Made by a program: the position numbers and the translations under genes. The notes under the pieces were generated by a model. That model made no database searches. It was not told the DNA's origin and saw only the letters and a list, made by a program, of their open reading frames with translations. Positions 24,111-35,138 of a stretch of 36,080 bases of DNA are shown piece by piece. Within the stretch, counting starts at the first letter, position 1; each line of letters starts with the position of its first letter. Source of the stretch: Reclinomonas americana ATCC 50394 (Eukaryota); assembly GCA_048213135.1 (NCBI GenBank), contig PS015543.1, forward strand, positions 1 through 36,080. The letters are read 5' to 3'.

Positions 24111-24151
24111 GTGAAAAAATCGCCACGCGCAGCTGTTCGTTCTCCACGCGG

Positions 24152-25514
24152 TCATGAGGCCTCTGGCTGTTCACGATGCCACGGCCACTCGGTATTGAAG
24201 GTGTCGAGCAGCAGGTCGCGCATGGCGCTGTCCTTGCGCACGGCTAGCAGATCCACGACGCACCACGAGAGGCCGCCCAGTCTCGTGTGCGAGTCCTGAC
24301 ACATCTCATAGTCGCTGTCCCACCACACCCCTGAAACGGGCAGCAGAAGACCGTCGCCGAGTGCATACAGCTCGTAGCCCATGACGTGCACGGCCATGGC
24401 AAAATCGCGCAGCGTTGGACTCGGCACGTCGCCAATGGCGCGTGGTGCCGGGTACTTGCGCATGCTTGCCGCTCGATACACGCCGTTCCACATGAGCGAG
24501 TACTCGAACGAGGCCAGCTCCACCAGCCCGGCCCGCAGCAAGCCCTCCATGCCGGCCAACACATGCGACTCCCAACCCTCGACGTCGACCTTGACGTAGA
24601 GAATGCGCCGACCGGCCAGCAAACGCGCTCGCTCGTCGGTGGCAAACAGCGAATCCAGTGTGGTGACAAACACACGGTCCACCTTCTCCCCGTGCACACC
24701 GGCGGCGACCTCGCGCTCCGACGGCGGTCGCAGAGAGAACAAGTTGCCGGCCCCCACTTCCTTGGAGGCCAGCGAATAGAGCGGCAACTGTCCGACCGTG
24801 TCACCCAGGGCCACCTTGTGCAACTGGAAGGTCGTGCTGGTGCTGTCGGCGTCGGTGATGTTGAAGCGACGCTGCAGCTCCTGGCGCAGCATGCGATGCG
24901 CACGACTGGCCGGCTCAAAGGCCACCACGTGGCACTCACCGCGCATCAGCTCATACGCGATCAGCGCATCCGACGCGTCCATGTCGTCGTTCCAGTGCGC
25001 CGCCCCCACATCCACGATAATCGGCCACGGCTGCGCCAGCGCTGCGTGTGCCTTGCTGTCGCGCTCTCGCAACTCCGACAGCGCTCGTCCATACACCCAA
25101 CGCGCCAGTCGTTTCAGCGGACCAGGCGATCCTCCGGCCGAGTGATGAAACGCGCGACCGTGCTTCCGATACCAGTCGGTGAGGCGCGAGCGCATGCGCA
25201 GCGTGTGCGTCAGTTGCACCGTGGACATGGATGGGCCGGTTGCAGACTGGAAGGCGAGTGTGTGTGAGAGAGGGAGAAAAGGAAGAGGGGAGAGAGAGAG
25301 ACGCAACGCTGCACAGGCGCTCGCCGATGCGCTCCAACGCAGAGAGAGTGGATGAGTCGCGACGACGCGTGGCAGTTGTCGGCATTGTGGAGGTGGTGGT
25401 GCTCGTGGACTCCATCGCTGAATGGAGAGCAGTGAAGAGCAGCAAGCTGCCGAGCACACAGCCGAGTGTGAGGCCGGCCAGGAAGGTCAGGGCCAGTGCC
25501 CATGATGGGCGCAT
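24152..25514 (-). CDS. FkbM-family (Methyltransf_21) SAM-dependent methyltransferase with N-terminal signal anchor; 1 intron (25307-25247)
   Basis: IIVDVGAA (motif I), VVAFEP, HKVALGD, TTLDSLF, ILYVKVDVEGWESHVLAGM, FEY; hydrophobic N-terminus WALALTFLAGLTLGCVLGSLLLF. Confidence 0.88.
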
Positions 25515-25628
25515 CAATGATGAAGAAACAATCAATGTCCCACGGCGTCCGATATCACTTTGCCTCCTTGACAACAACAAACACGACTGCCGCGACGTGA
25601 TGCTTGCTAATGCATCATCACAATTCAC

Positions 25629-27812
25629 TTATGTGTCGTTCTCTCCGCGATCGGTCACCGAGTCCCACTGATCGGTCCATAGCACCACCATGTCTTCGGG
25701 AAGTGGATCGGGCTGCAGAAAGGAAGTGAGACGACAGAAGAAGCTGTCGAGCCAGACAGACAACACGATGAATTCTGCACGTACCGAGTTGATCTCTACA
25801 AAGGGGTCGGGGATCGGCATGCTGATCGAGGCGGTTTCCATCGACGGCAGCTTGCGCAGACTCTCCGACACGCGCGGCAGCGGTAACGGCACATGTTCGG
25901 TAAAGCGGTGGTGAATGGTGTTGGCTTCGCTGACGCCGCGTGATAATCTGTAGGCATTGGTGAGGAAAAAAGGGGCAGCAAGCGAGCAAACAGCGTGTCG
26001 ACAAACTCAGTACCTTCTCTCGCGCATGCGAGCACGAATGTCGTCCAATGATGGTGGCTTCGGGGCGAAGAACGCCGACTTTTCCAGCTCACCGTCCAAC
26101 CGGATCCACTCAAACACGCGGACGTTGGTCGGCAACGGCTGCAACGATGCCAACCGCTGCAGCAATGCCGAGCAGAGGCGGTTCGGCAGCTTGTTGCTGG
26201 GTGACACTACACTGGAGCTCGACACGCCCGTCAGCACCGACCCGTTCATCGATGCCGCGTTCGGAGTGGCCGGCAGAGTCGATGGTACCACCGACGACGA
26301 CACCATCGTAACCAGAGGGTGCGATTCAGCACTGGCGCCCATGTGGCGCTCGTGTAACCGCAAGCTCGAATCCAACTCGGCCTCCAGACGGCGTGCCAAC
26401 ACGGCCTGTGGTGTGGGCACGAGAACACCGGCACCCCCACCAGCAGCACCACCTGCACCCGCCACAAATGCGCTGTTCCTTCTGTGGCCTGCAGCACCGC
26501 TGTCTCCGCTAACATCAATGGCCTCCACATCCTCCTCCACCAGATGCTCCAGATGCATCAGTGCCGGCTTTTGTTGCTCGGCACCGTGAGCGGGAGACAG
26601 CGAGAGAGCATGCAGGCCGCTGGCAAAATGCCTCCGCAGCCAACCGGCCGACGGATTCGTAGTCCGTGGTGGCGACTGCCCAAGCAACAGTGGTGGCAGT
26701 TGCTGTGCAACGTCGTCGGCATTGTCGGCGCCGACGGTGTTGTCCTGATCGTGGTCGCCGATCTTGGCGGCGGCCTGAGCCCGCACCGACAGTGGCGCCA
26801 GAGCACTGCGTTCGGTAAAGGCCGGTGCGGATGGGCTGAGAACGCGCTCGCTGCGGTTGTCCATGTCACCCGCCTGCGCCATGTTGGGCAGCGGCGAGAT
26901 CGCACCCGACAAGTCGTCGCGAGTGTCGTCCAACGGCGCATGCGCTGCGCACTCCGACACCACCTGCATGTCGTCCAGGAATCCCGCGTGCTCCATCAAG
27001 CGCCTCGCACGGATCCCTTGGTTCTTGGTCGACAGCGGAGTCTCTGGAGGTCGGCGATGGCTGGAGAGCGTGGACGCCTCGGCCAGGACACGAGCCGGAG
27101 TGGATGCCACGACGGCCGGTGGGCACGTGCGTGGCGACACAACCACGCTGCCAGCAGTCTGACCAGGTCGTGCGTGACGGTACTCGTACAGTGCCTGCGC
27201 GTGCAGCGACGACACTGGCGTCGACGGCGATGTGGGCGACACGGCCGGAACCACCACCTGAATCGGCGGTAACCTAGCCACGCGAACCACCGGCGACTTG
27301 CTGCCGACAGCAGCCGCCGCCGACGCAGCACCACCACCACCACCTCCACCAATGGCCACCACCGCATGCAATTTGTCGGACTCGGAAGGGACGCGAGTCA
27401 TGGGCGATCGTGACACGCGTTGTCTCGGCGGTGGCGATGGTGTCGCCAAGTCACGGTGCGCATGCGAGGAGGATGATGACGACGACGACGACGACGCTGG
27501 CGATGATGGCACAGAGTCGGCGACGGCGATGTAGCCACTGCAGGGGGACTGTGGTGCCGGCGGAAGCGAGGGTGTGACAGTGGACGAGAACGACAGGCGA
27601 CGGCAGGCGGCGGTGAGTCCCGACACGGCCGATGAGGCCGGACACAGTGGCGATGGCGGCTGTGACGGGGCAACAAACGGGTATCGCACAGTCGACGATG
27701 TCACCGACGACAGTCCGCACGCTGCGAGATGAGCACGCGGCGAGAGTGACGTTTGGAATCCGGTGGCTGGTCGCGGACCACCAGCAATGTGGGCGCTGCA
27801 ACCACACCCCAT
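25629..27812 (-). CDS. Hypothetical, largely disordered protein with N-terminal MGCGCS myristoylation/palmitoylation signal
   Basis: 601-codon ORF from ATG 27812, then introns near 26012 and 25783 lead to TAA at 25631-25629. No recognisable domain. Confidence 0.6.
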
Positions 27813-28892
27813 GACCCTGTGCGTGTGTCTCTGTGTACACTCCGTTTGTCAGTGCACGCCTGGGCACGCAGACGAGGAGACAAAAGGGACGGACCGACTG
27901 GAAAAAAGTGGTCGTTGCAGCAAGCACGCGCTGTGCTCGATGAACCAGTTTTTGTTCGCGGAATAGGCAATCACGCACGGTGCTTGTGTGCTTGTGCGAG
28001 AGAAAGCGCGGGAGAGTGAAGGGGGAGAGAATGTGTGCGAGGTTGCGCTGGCGCGCCAACAGCGTGTCAAGGAGTTGTGTGGATTTCGCGACGGCGATGA
28101 TGTGAGGGTAACCGACACATGATGACCAAATCTGGATTGTTGGTGGTTGGTTTTCGCATTTGGCTCTCTCCCTCGCTGCACACTCACTGCTTCAGTGCTA
28201 CTCACGAAGGCATAACGTAAAGCATCATCGATGGAAGCTCACTCTGCGGCATGCGTGCGTGCGTGCGGAATGCAGAATGCATCGAATGTATGCCAGCGCT
28301 GGTTTTTTTGTTTTTCCGCTTGCTTGCGATTGCAGAAAAGGCAGTACGAGAGTGACTCACTGTGCGTCCCCACACACATAGTGTACCAAACCGAATGCTT
28401 CGATCCACCACCGCGAAAAAGAAGCAGAGGACTGCATCCGGATCCATGCAAGCACGAAAGATGTCGCACACAGTGCAGCGATGCAGCGATCACCTGGCCC
28501 CACACAGACAAGACGACAAAGGGGACATTGAGCTGTGCTCTGCTGTGCGCCCTGTGCATGCAGCAGCAGCTTCTGCACGCGTGAACCTCGATTTTCAGCG
28601 AGTGCGAAACCTGGCGCAGTGAGACATGGATGATCGGTTTCGCCACCGTCCTCTCCTCTCCTCTCGACTCCTCTTCGCCATCACTGCCTCGCTCACTTCA
28701 TTGCACACTGCGCAGTCATTGACTTTGCGATCTCTCGCCATTTGACGCAAAAGACGTTGCTCGCGAGTCGACCGTTTCTTCCTCAATTCATCCATCAGGC
28801 GAGAACAAGCACCAGCCAAGCACTAAGCCACACGCACCTCTCTCTTTCACACACTTACACGCCAGTCACTTTCACCACTCGTCACGTGCACA

Positions 28893-31734
28893 ATGTTCAC
28901 CCGCGAGGAACTCGAGGTGAGTCGTCTCGGTGCTCCGACTCTGCGCACGACGTCTTGTCCCACTTCTCCCTTCGACGCAGGCGTTCAAGCGCCCGGAGCT
29001 GCAGAAGCTCGCCAAGGAGCACGGCATTCGCGCCAACTCCAAGTCATCGGTGATCATCGATGAGCTGCTTGCCGCGCTCGGCGAACAGTTGGGTTGCCTT
29101 CACGAACATGTGCCGTTCCGACCAATGTTGCTGAGATCCCCTCTCGCAGAGCATCGCCAGTGGAGCAGGTGGAGATGGAGGAGGTGGAGGAGACACCCGC
29201 GCAGGCGGACGCTGGTGGCGAGGAATTCGCCGAGGCACTGCCGTGAGTCGCACACACACACTTTATGAAGATCTCACCACTCACGGAATCGTTGACAGTG
29301 AGGCGGCGCTGGCGATCTCGCCGGCAACCGAGGACGAAGTGTCGGGGTGCGTTGCTTGAACATCGATTGTGTCTTGCGTGGACGCAAGCACTGACCGTGT
29401 GACGAGCAGGCAAGCCGTGGCGATGGATGCCGATGTGTTCCTGGGCAAGAGCACCACCACGGACGGCTCCAACAGCAACGACTCGACTCTGATCGACGAG
29501 AAGGAGGGCGGCATCTCGCCCACCGCGTCAGCCGGCAGCAGCGCGCAGGATGTTGCGTGCTCGCTGCGTGTTCCCCGTCGATACCTCTCGTGACAAGTAA
29601 CAAACCCTTTCGTAGAGCGTCATGTTCCCGATGGAGGCGCCGCCACTCACCACCATGTTGGACCTGAAGAGCCCGCACCTCAACAAGTTGCCATCGCGCG
29701 TCTTCAACCCCACTGGTGAGTGACTGGGTGAGTGGCAGGTGAGGCGATGCCGCCACGAGAGCTTATCGTACTCTGTTCGTAGCCTCGACCCGCAAGATGG
29801 CCCTGTGCGACGACTCGCTCACAGCCGACCTGGCCGCGCTGGACGACGTCTCCGTGTTTGACCCGGAGGAGAGCATGGTGCGCCCGGTGTCGCAAGTGTC
29901 TGTGCCCAAGGAGAAGGTCTGCGCATGAAGAAGTTGAGTCTCGTTCGTGCACACGCCAACTGTGTTGTTTTGTGGGCAGGTGGACGTCATTCGCAAGCGC
30001 ATGTCGCAGGGAACTGCCAATCGCCGCCAGTCGCTGCTGCGTCGGCTGAGCACGGCGCCGCTGCCGGCCATGGAGGTCGACGAAGTTGCGCCCATGTGCT
30101 TGGCCGCCTTTGTTTTTCCTCCGCCACTCATCGCCTACGCAGGCCCCTGCTCCGTCACCTGACGTTGTCGATCAGGCGGCCGTGTTGGAGGCCGAATTCG
30201 CCAACGTCTCCACAGCATGGGAGGCTGTCAAGCGACGGTGCGTGTACCCTCTTACTCGGCAGTGGAAATTCCTACTTGGTGCTCATATTTTCTCCCTCGT
30301 GTCGTCGCAGCTCTTCTGTGGGCGTCGGGCGCCGCCAGTCGCTGTCGGCAGACGCGGCCGTTGCTGCTGCTGCTGCGCTCGCCCCTGTGCAGGAGACTGC
30401 CAACGTGGTGCCGGCCGCCGATGTAGCTCTGTTGGCCGCCGTGCAGGCCGAAATGCAGGAGCGGCTGCAGAAGAAGAAGGAGATCGAGGCGAACGAGGAG
30501 AATGAGGCCTCGGATGATGAGTCCGACAGTGAGCCTGTGTCGCGCAAGGAGCAGATCAAGAACAAGCGCGCCAAGTCAGTGCAGACGCAGCGCAAGTTGC
30601 GTGGAACCGCGTCTGCCCGCCACCTACGTGCTCGTGTCTTACAGCGACAGTGTGCAGGCAAGTGACCGAGCAGCGCAAGACCGAGATCAAGAAGGCCATT
30701 GCCAATCCGAAGATCGCCAAGCGCATGGCACCGACATCCTCGACACCGGCTGCCACTGGCGGTGCTGCGGCGTCGATCAAGGACAAGTTTGACCGCCAGC
30801 ACCAGGTTATTATGTCGTCCACGCTCTATCGACGTCAAATTCTCGCTCTGCTGACACTCGTTGATGAGCAGAAACTGTTTGCGAAATCCGAGTCCATTGT
30901 CGACACGTACCAGCGCATGCAGCAGTCGCGCACGCCAAGCAAGCCCATCGTCTCCAAGACCCCAAGCAAGACACCGAGTCAGAGCAGCACCGCGCCGCCG
31001 ACCAAGACTGCCATTGGCAACAAGACGCCGGCAACCGCCAAGGCCACCACGGGTGCGATAGCCACTCGCACACCAAAGAACCTTGCTGCCGTCGGCTCGC
31101 GTCTCTTTGCAGAGACCGCCTCGACTCGCGCCAAGGTCACATCCACGACGACGACGACGACCACGACGACCACGACGACGACCAACACCACCACCACACC
31201 GGCGCGTCCGGCGACTGGTGCGGCCCCGCGAACGGCGTCGGAACTGACGCTGTTCAAGTCCAAGTTGCGCTGCAATCCCCATTCTTGTTGTACAATCAGT
31301 GTGTTTCACTCACTCTTTTCGGTTGTTGCAACTGCGCAGAACGGCCCGTCCGCGTGTGAAGTCGATTGGTGCACCGAGACCGACGACTGCTACTGGCATT
31401 CGCCCGCCCCTGCAGACCTCCAAGGCGGCCAACAGCGGTGCGCCCGTCTCACTGATCCCAGTTCCGTCGTCGGCACTGAAGGAGAACCGCACGGCAAACT
31501 CGGATCGTTGCGCGATTCTTGGCCCCGAGCACAAACCACCACCAGTTTTCTCACCGCATGCATGCAGTGAAATCGACCGGCGCCGCCAAGATCCCCATCA
31601 AGAAGACGGCCGTGCGATCGTCCACCAGCGACGCCGCTCGCACCGAGAAGCGCGCCAATGCGCTGAAGCAGCAGACCGACCGTCGCAAAGCCGCCCTGAG
31701 CAATCGCCGAGGCGGTGCCGAAGTCGAGGCCTAA
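28893..31734 (+). CDS. NuSAP-like (nucleolar and spindle-associated) microtubule-binding protein with N-terminal SAP-like domain; 13 introns
   Basis: N-terminus MFTREELEAFKRPELQKLAKEHGIRANSKSSVIIDELL resembles the NUSAP1 SAP-like start (L..LAK..G.RAN). KFDRQHQKLFAKSESIVD resembles the NUSAP1 F...H...F...ESID motif. Basic Thr/Pro-rich tail; TAA at 31732-31734. Confidence 0.65.
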
Positions 31735-31937
31735 TATCGCATCGAATCGTGTTTTCCTTCCCATCTCTCCTCTCCCTTTTTTTGATCACCACTCTCCTTG
31801 CCCACCACTCCCACCACTGTGTTCTCTCTCATCTGTGTCGCCGTGGACACGGTGAGAAATGAACACTCACTGGAAAATGCATGTCCTCCTCCTCTTCCGC
31901 GATCAGCCTGTGTGTGCTTTAAGCGAGAGATAGTAGC

Positions 31938-32318
31938 ATGGAAGTGCTTGTGATAACACACCCCGTCAGCATCTTCATGCAAGCAGGGGGCGGGGACGGC
32001 GACGGAGGCTCCGGCTCCACTCCTCCTCTGTCGCCCTCCGCCGCCGCCTCCTCGCCCTCCGCCGCCACTGGTCTCCGCTCACGCGCCACCGAGTTTGTCG
32101 ACGCGCGACTGAGCGTGCAGGGAGTGACGCACGCCAGCATGCTGCGCGATCGCTTGGTGTCGACGAGCGCGACTGGGGAGAGTGGTGGCTGGTGGTTGCC
32201 ACAAGAGGCGGAACTCGTGGTGTGCTCGCCACTCACACGCGCACTGGAGACCGCCACTGTCGTCTTTGGCTGCACAGTGCCCACAGTCGCCTGTGACCTC
32301 ATTGCGCAGTTCCGCCAG
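31938..32318 (+). CDS. Histidine phosphatase / phosphoglycerate mutase-like protein, exon 1
   Basis: MEVLVITHPVS (degenerate RHG box), DARLSVQG...A, ELVVCSPLTRALETA; ends at phase-0 donor CAG|GTAACT (32319). Confidence 0.75.
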
Positions 32319-32381
32319 GTAACTCACGCACGCGTGTGTGCATGTGTATGCATGTGATGAAGGGTCGATCACACGATTTTG

Positions 32382-32599
32382 NNNNNNNNNNNNNNNNNNN
32401 NNNNNNNNNNNNNNNNNNNNNNNNNNNNNNNNNNNNNNNNNNNNNNNNNNNNNNNNNNNNNNNNNNNNNNNNNNNNNNNNNNNNNNNNNNNNNNNNNNNN
32501 NNNNNNNNNNNNNNNNNNNNNNNNNNNNNNNNNNNNNNNNNNNNNNNNNNNNNNNNNNNNNNNNNNNNNNNNNNNNNNNNNNNNNNNNNNNNNNNNNNN
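32382..32599. other. Assembly gap (other gaps: 1704-1723, 14897-14916, 15604-15623, 18214-18281, 33307-33326)
   Basis: Runs of N, mostly next to dinucleotide repeats. Confidence 0.99.
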
Positions 32600-32673
32600 T
32601 GATTTAAGGGGGAAGGAAAAGCTCCTGCGCGTGAGGCAGAAGGAGAAAAAACAAGAGGGTGTGTCGTCGCCTG

Positions 32674-33294
32674 TCACGCCGGCTTCCTGGATGTCGGCGA
32701 GGAGCGACCTGATGGCGATCCTCGTCGACCACGAGGAGAAGCTGGCAGGTCCCCTAGATAGAGCACAATCAGCAACACGCACGCAACGTAAGCAGCGAAG
32801 GAGACAGACCTGCTCCGGCCGCGGTGGTGGCCTCGTCGAGCGTGTAAGGCGAGGAGACGGCCCGCCGACCCAGCGGCGTGCCCACACGTTTGCCGGAGCC
32901 GGCAGCGTTGAGAGGCGCCACAGCAGTGAGCGCCGACACGGCATCGCTGCCGCCTGCGGTGCCCACGCGCCAGCGCAGGAAACTGCATCGCTCCACATTC
33001 TGATATGTCAACGACGACGCGACAAATGCATGGGTCACAACCTGCAACGACAGACACCGTGAGCAAGCACGCGAGCGGAGCAGTGCCTCCTGTGGCGCAC
33101 AAACGCACTGCAATGCGCTTCTCCGGTCGCCCGCGCAGCCACTCAATGAACGCCGCCAGTCGCCGTCTCCAGTCCGCGCGCGTCTCAATCACATCGCCGA
33201 CTCTCCACGACGGCTGCTCCGCCACCAACGCAAAGTCCACATGCGGAAAGTCACTGACCAACTCACTACGCGGGCGCTGCTCATCGCATGCCGA
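32674..33294 (-). CDS. Histidine phosphatase / PGM-like protein, C-terminal exons, on a gap-flanked segment oriented opposite to exon 1
   Basis: Phase-0 acceptor then SACDEQRPRSELVSDFPHVDF...E.....R...FIEWLRGRPEKRIA|VVTH, the characteristic second half of plant-type PGM-like proteins. In-frame TGA at 32676-32674. Confidence 0.75.
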   Translation of the reverse strand, partial: SACDEQRPRSELVSDFPHVDFALVAEQPSWRVGDVIETRADWRRRLAAFIEWLRGRPEKRIAVRLCATGGTAPLACLLTVSVVAGCDPCICRVVVDISECGAMQFPALARGHRRRQRCRVGAHCCGASQRCRLRQTCGHAAGSAGRLLALHARRGHHRGRSRSVSFAAYVACVLLIVLYLGDLPASPRGRRGSPSGRSSPTSRKPA

Positions 33295-33694
33295 CTGCGA
33301 CACACANNNNNNNNNNNNNNNNNNNNCCTTTTATGCCTTTTATTTTCCCTACCTCCCTCCCTCAGTGTGTTCTCCCTGTCCCTCCCGTGTCTTCGACGCA
33401 TAGCCAACTATGGTGAAAAGAGTGAAGCGCGCGACCAGAATCTCGGCATCTCTCGCTCATGTCGAGAGCATCGCGTCCCCTCCGGCACGTAGAGTAGCTC
33501 ACTTGTTGGGATGACAGCGACAGACGACGTGCTCGGAAGGAAAGATGGCGGGGTCGGGTGTCCCACCGGCAAGATCGCGACCACACATTCAATCAATCGT
33601 CACGCACGCACTCACTCCCACTCGTGTGCCGAGTGTGAGTGCGCGCGCGCGTGTGTGTGTGTGTGTGTGTATAGGCGCAGAGTAGTGTGTTGTC

Positions 33695-35048
33695 ATGGCA
33701 GACCTGCGGTACATGCCACTGAGTGAGCACACGGAGCATGTCGGCTTTGTGTCATGTGTGTCGTTGTCGCATGATGGGCGTTTGGCCGCCACGGGCTCCT
33801 TTGACGAAACAGTGCATGTGTGGGACTGTAACTCGGGCCAGCTGGTGCTGCCACCACTGCGTGGACATGAGCGCCGCGTGTGGGCCGTGGCCTTTACGCC
33901 CGATGCCTCGCGAGTCATCAGTGGCTCCAGTGATCACAGCATTCGTGTGTGGTCACTGTCGAGTCCGACACTGCTGCCGCTGGCGGTGGCTCACAGTGAG
34001 GCGCACGAGCACCACCACCAGCAGCGCGAGCAGCAAGCAGCGGCAGAGAGCGACACAGCGGCAGAGGCGGCACCGGTGGTGTTGGACGGGCACTCGGGAT
34101 CTGTCATGAGCTTGTCCGTGTCTGCGGATTCGCGCGTCCTCGCCAGCGGATCACTCGACAAGACGGTGCGTCTGTGGGATCTCGAGTCGGGCACCGAGCG
34201 ACACTGTCTGCGCGGGCACACTGAGTTTGTGTTTGCCGTGGCCCTGGCGCCGTGCGAGTCGGCGCCGTGGGTGGTGTCGGGCTCGGAGGATCGCACGCTG
34301 CGCGTGTGGTCCGTGCACACGGGTGCGGTGGAGCATGTGCTTGTCGGCCACACTGATGGCGTGTATGCGGTGGCCGTGTCGCCCGACGCGGCCTTTGTGG
34401 CCAGTGGCTCTGGCGATTTGTCGATTCGCCTCTGGTCCACCGCCACGTGGGAGACGGTCGCCGTCTTCACCGGCCACACGCTGTCGGTGCGTTCGCTGGC
34501 CATCAGCATCGGCTCCACACACGTTGCGAGTGCGTCGGCCGACAAGTCTGTTCGCGCGTGGGAGGTGGCCTCGGGGCGCCAAGTGCTCTGCATCGAAGAC
34601 GGTCACAGCGACACCGTCAACGCCGTGGCGATTGGGCCCGACGGACACCGCGTGGTCAGCGCGTCGTACGACCGCACAGCCCGCGTGTGGGACACATCGC
34701 TGCCGCCAGATCCGCTGTTCTGCTCCGAAGGCGAGCTGGACGCCGCCGACACGGCTCTCGACGCCGTGGCCGAGCTGGCCGACGAACAGCGCGACGTGGA
34801 CGACGACGACGAAGCGCATGAACGCGCACTGTACTGCACGCTGGCATTCATGGTGCTGCGCGCGTTTGTGCGCGAAGAGGTGGCGCTTCGTGTCGCCCAG
34901 CTGCGTCACCGACGAAGACCATCCACTCCAATTGCTGCAGCTCCGGTACGTTCTTTGCAGATTGTCTCTGTCTTGTTGTAATGCGCTGACCGTGCCCCAC
35001 ACACACACGCAGTCGAATGCAAGCCTGCCGAGACCATTCACCGCCTGA
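33695..35048 (+). CDS. WD40-repeat beta-propeller protein (about 7 repeats); probable terminal intron 34946-35012
   Basis: Repeated GH...V..V..S.D...SGS.D..VR.W(D/S/E) units in ORF 33695-34981. Donor CCG|GTACGT and acceptor CGCAG| give a last exon ending at TGA 35048. Confidence 0.92.
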
Positions 35049-35083
35049 GCCATACCAACGTGTACAGAATCCTTCCGCAAGCG

Positions 35084-35093
35084 AGTTGTCCTC
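35084..35093 (+). promoter_or_regulatory. AGTTGTCCTC upstream motif before the G6P 1-epimerase gene
   Basis: Exact 10-mer starting 55 nt before ATG 35139, in a 90-bp spacer. Confidence 0.45.
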
Positions 35094-35138
35094 GTCCGTC
35101 GTCCCTCTTTCTCTCAGTCTCTCTTTTTCAAGTAAATC

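Noticed and set aside
27813-28892. Longest intergenic region as a hidden gene or ncRNA; E2F-like TTTCGCG words upstream of the NuSAP-like gene
   Set aside because: No coherent exon chain or RNA structure could be supported, and the short motifs are expected by chance.
33327-33694. Short ORFs or a possible extra terminal exon (acceptor near 33403) after the last gap
   Set aside because: It cannot be linked to a gene across the gap and has no recognisable homology.
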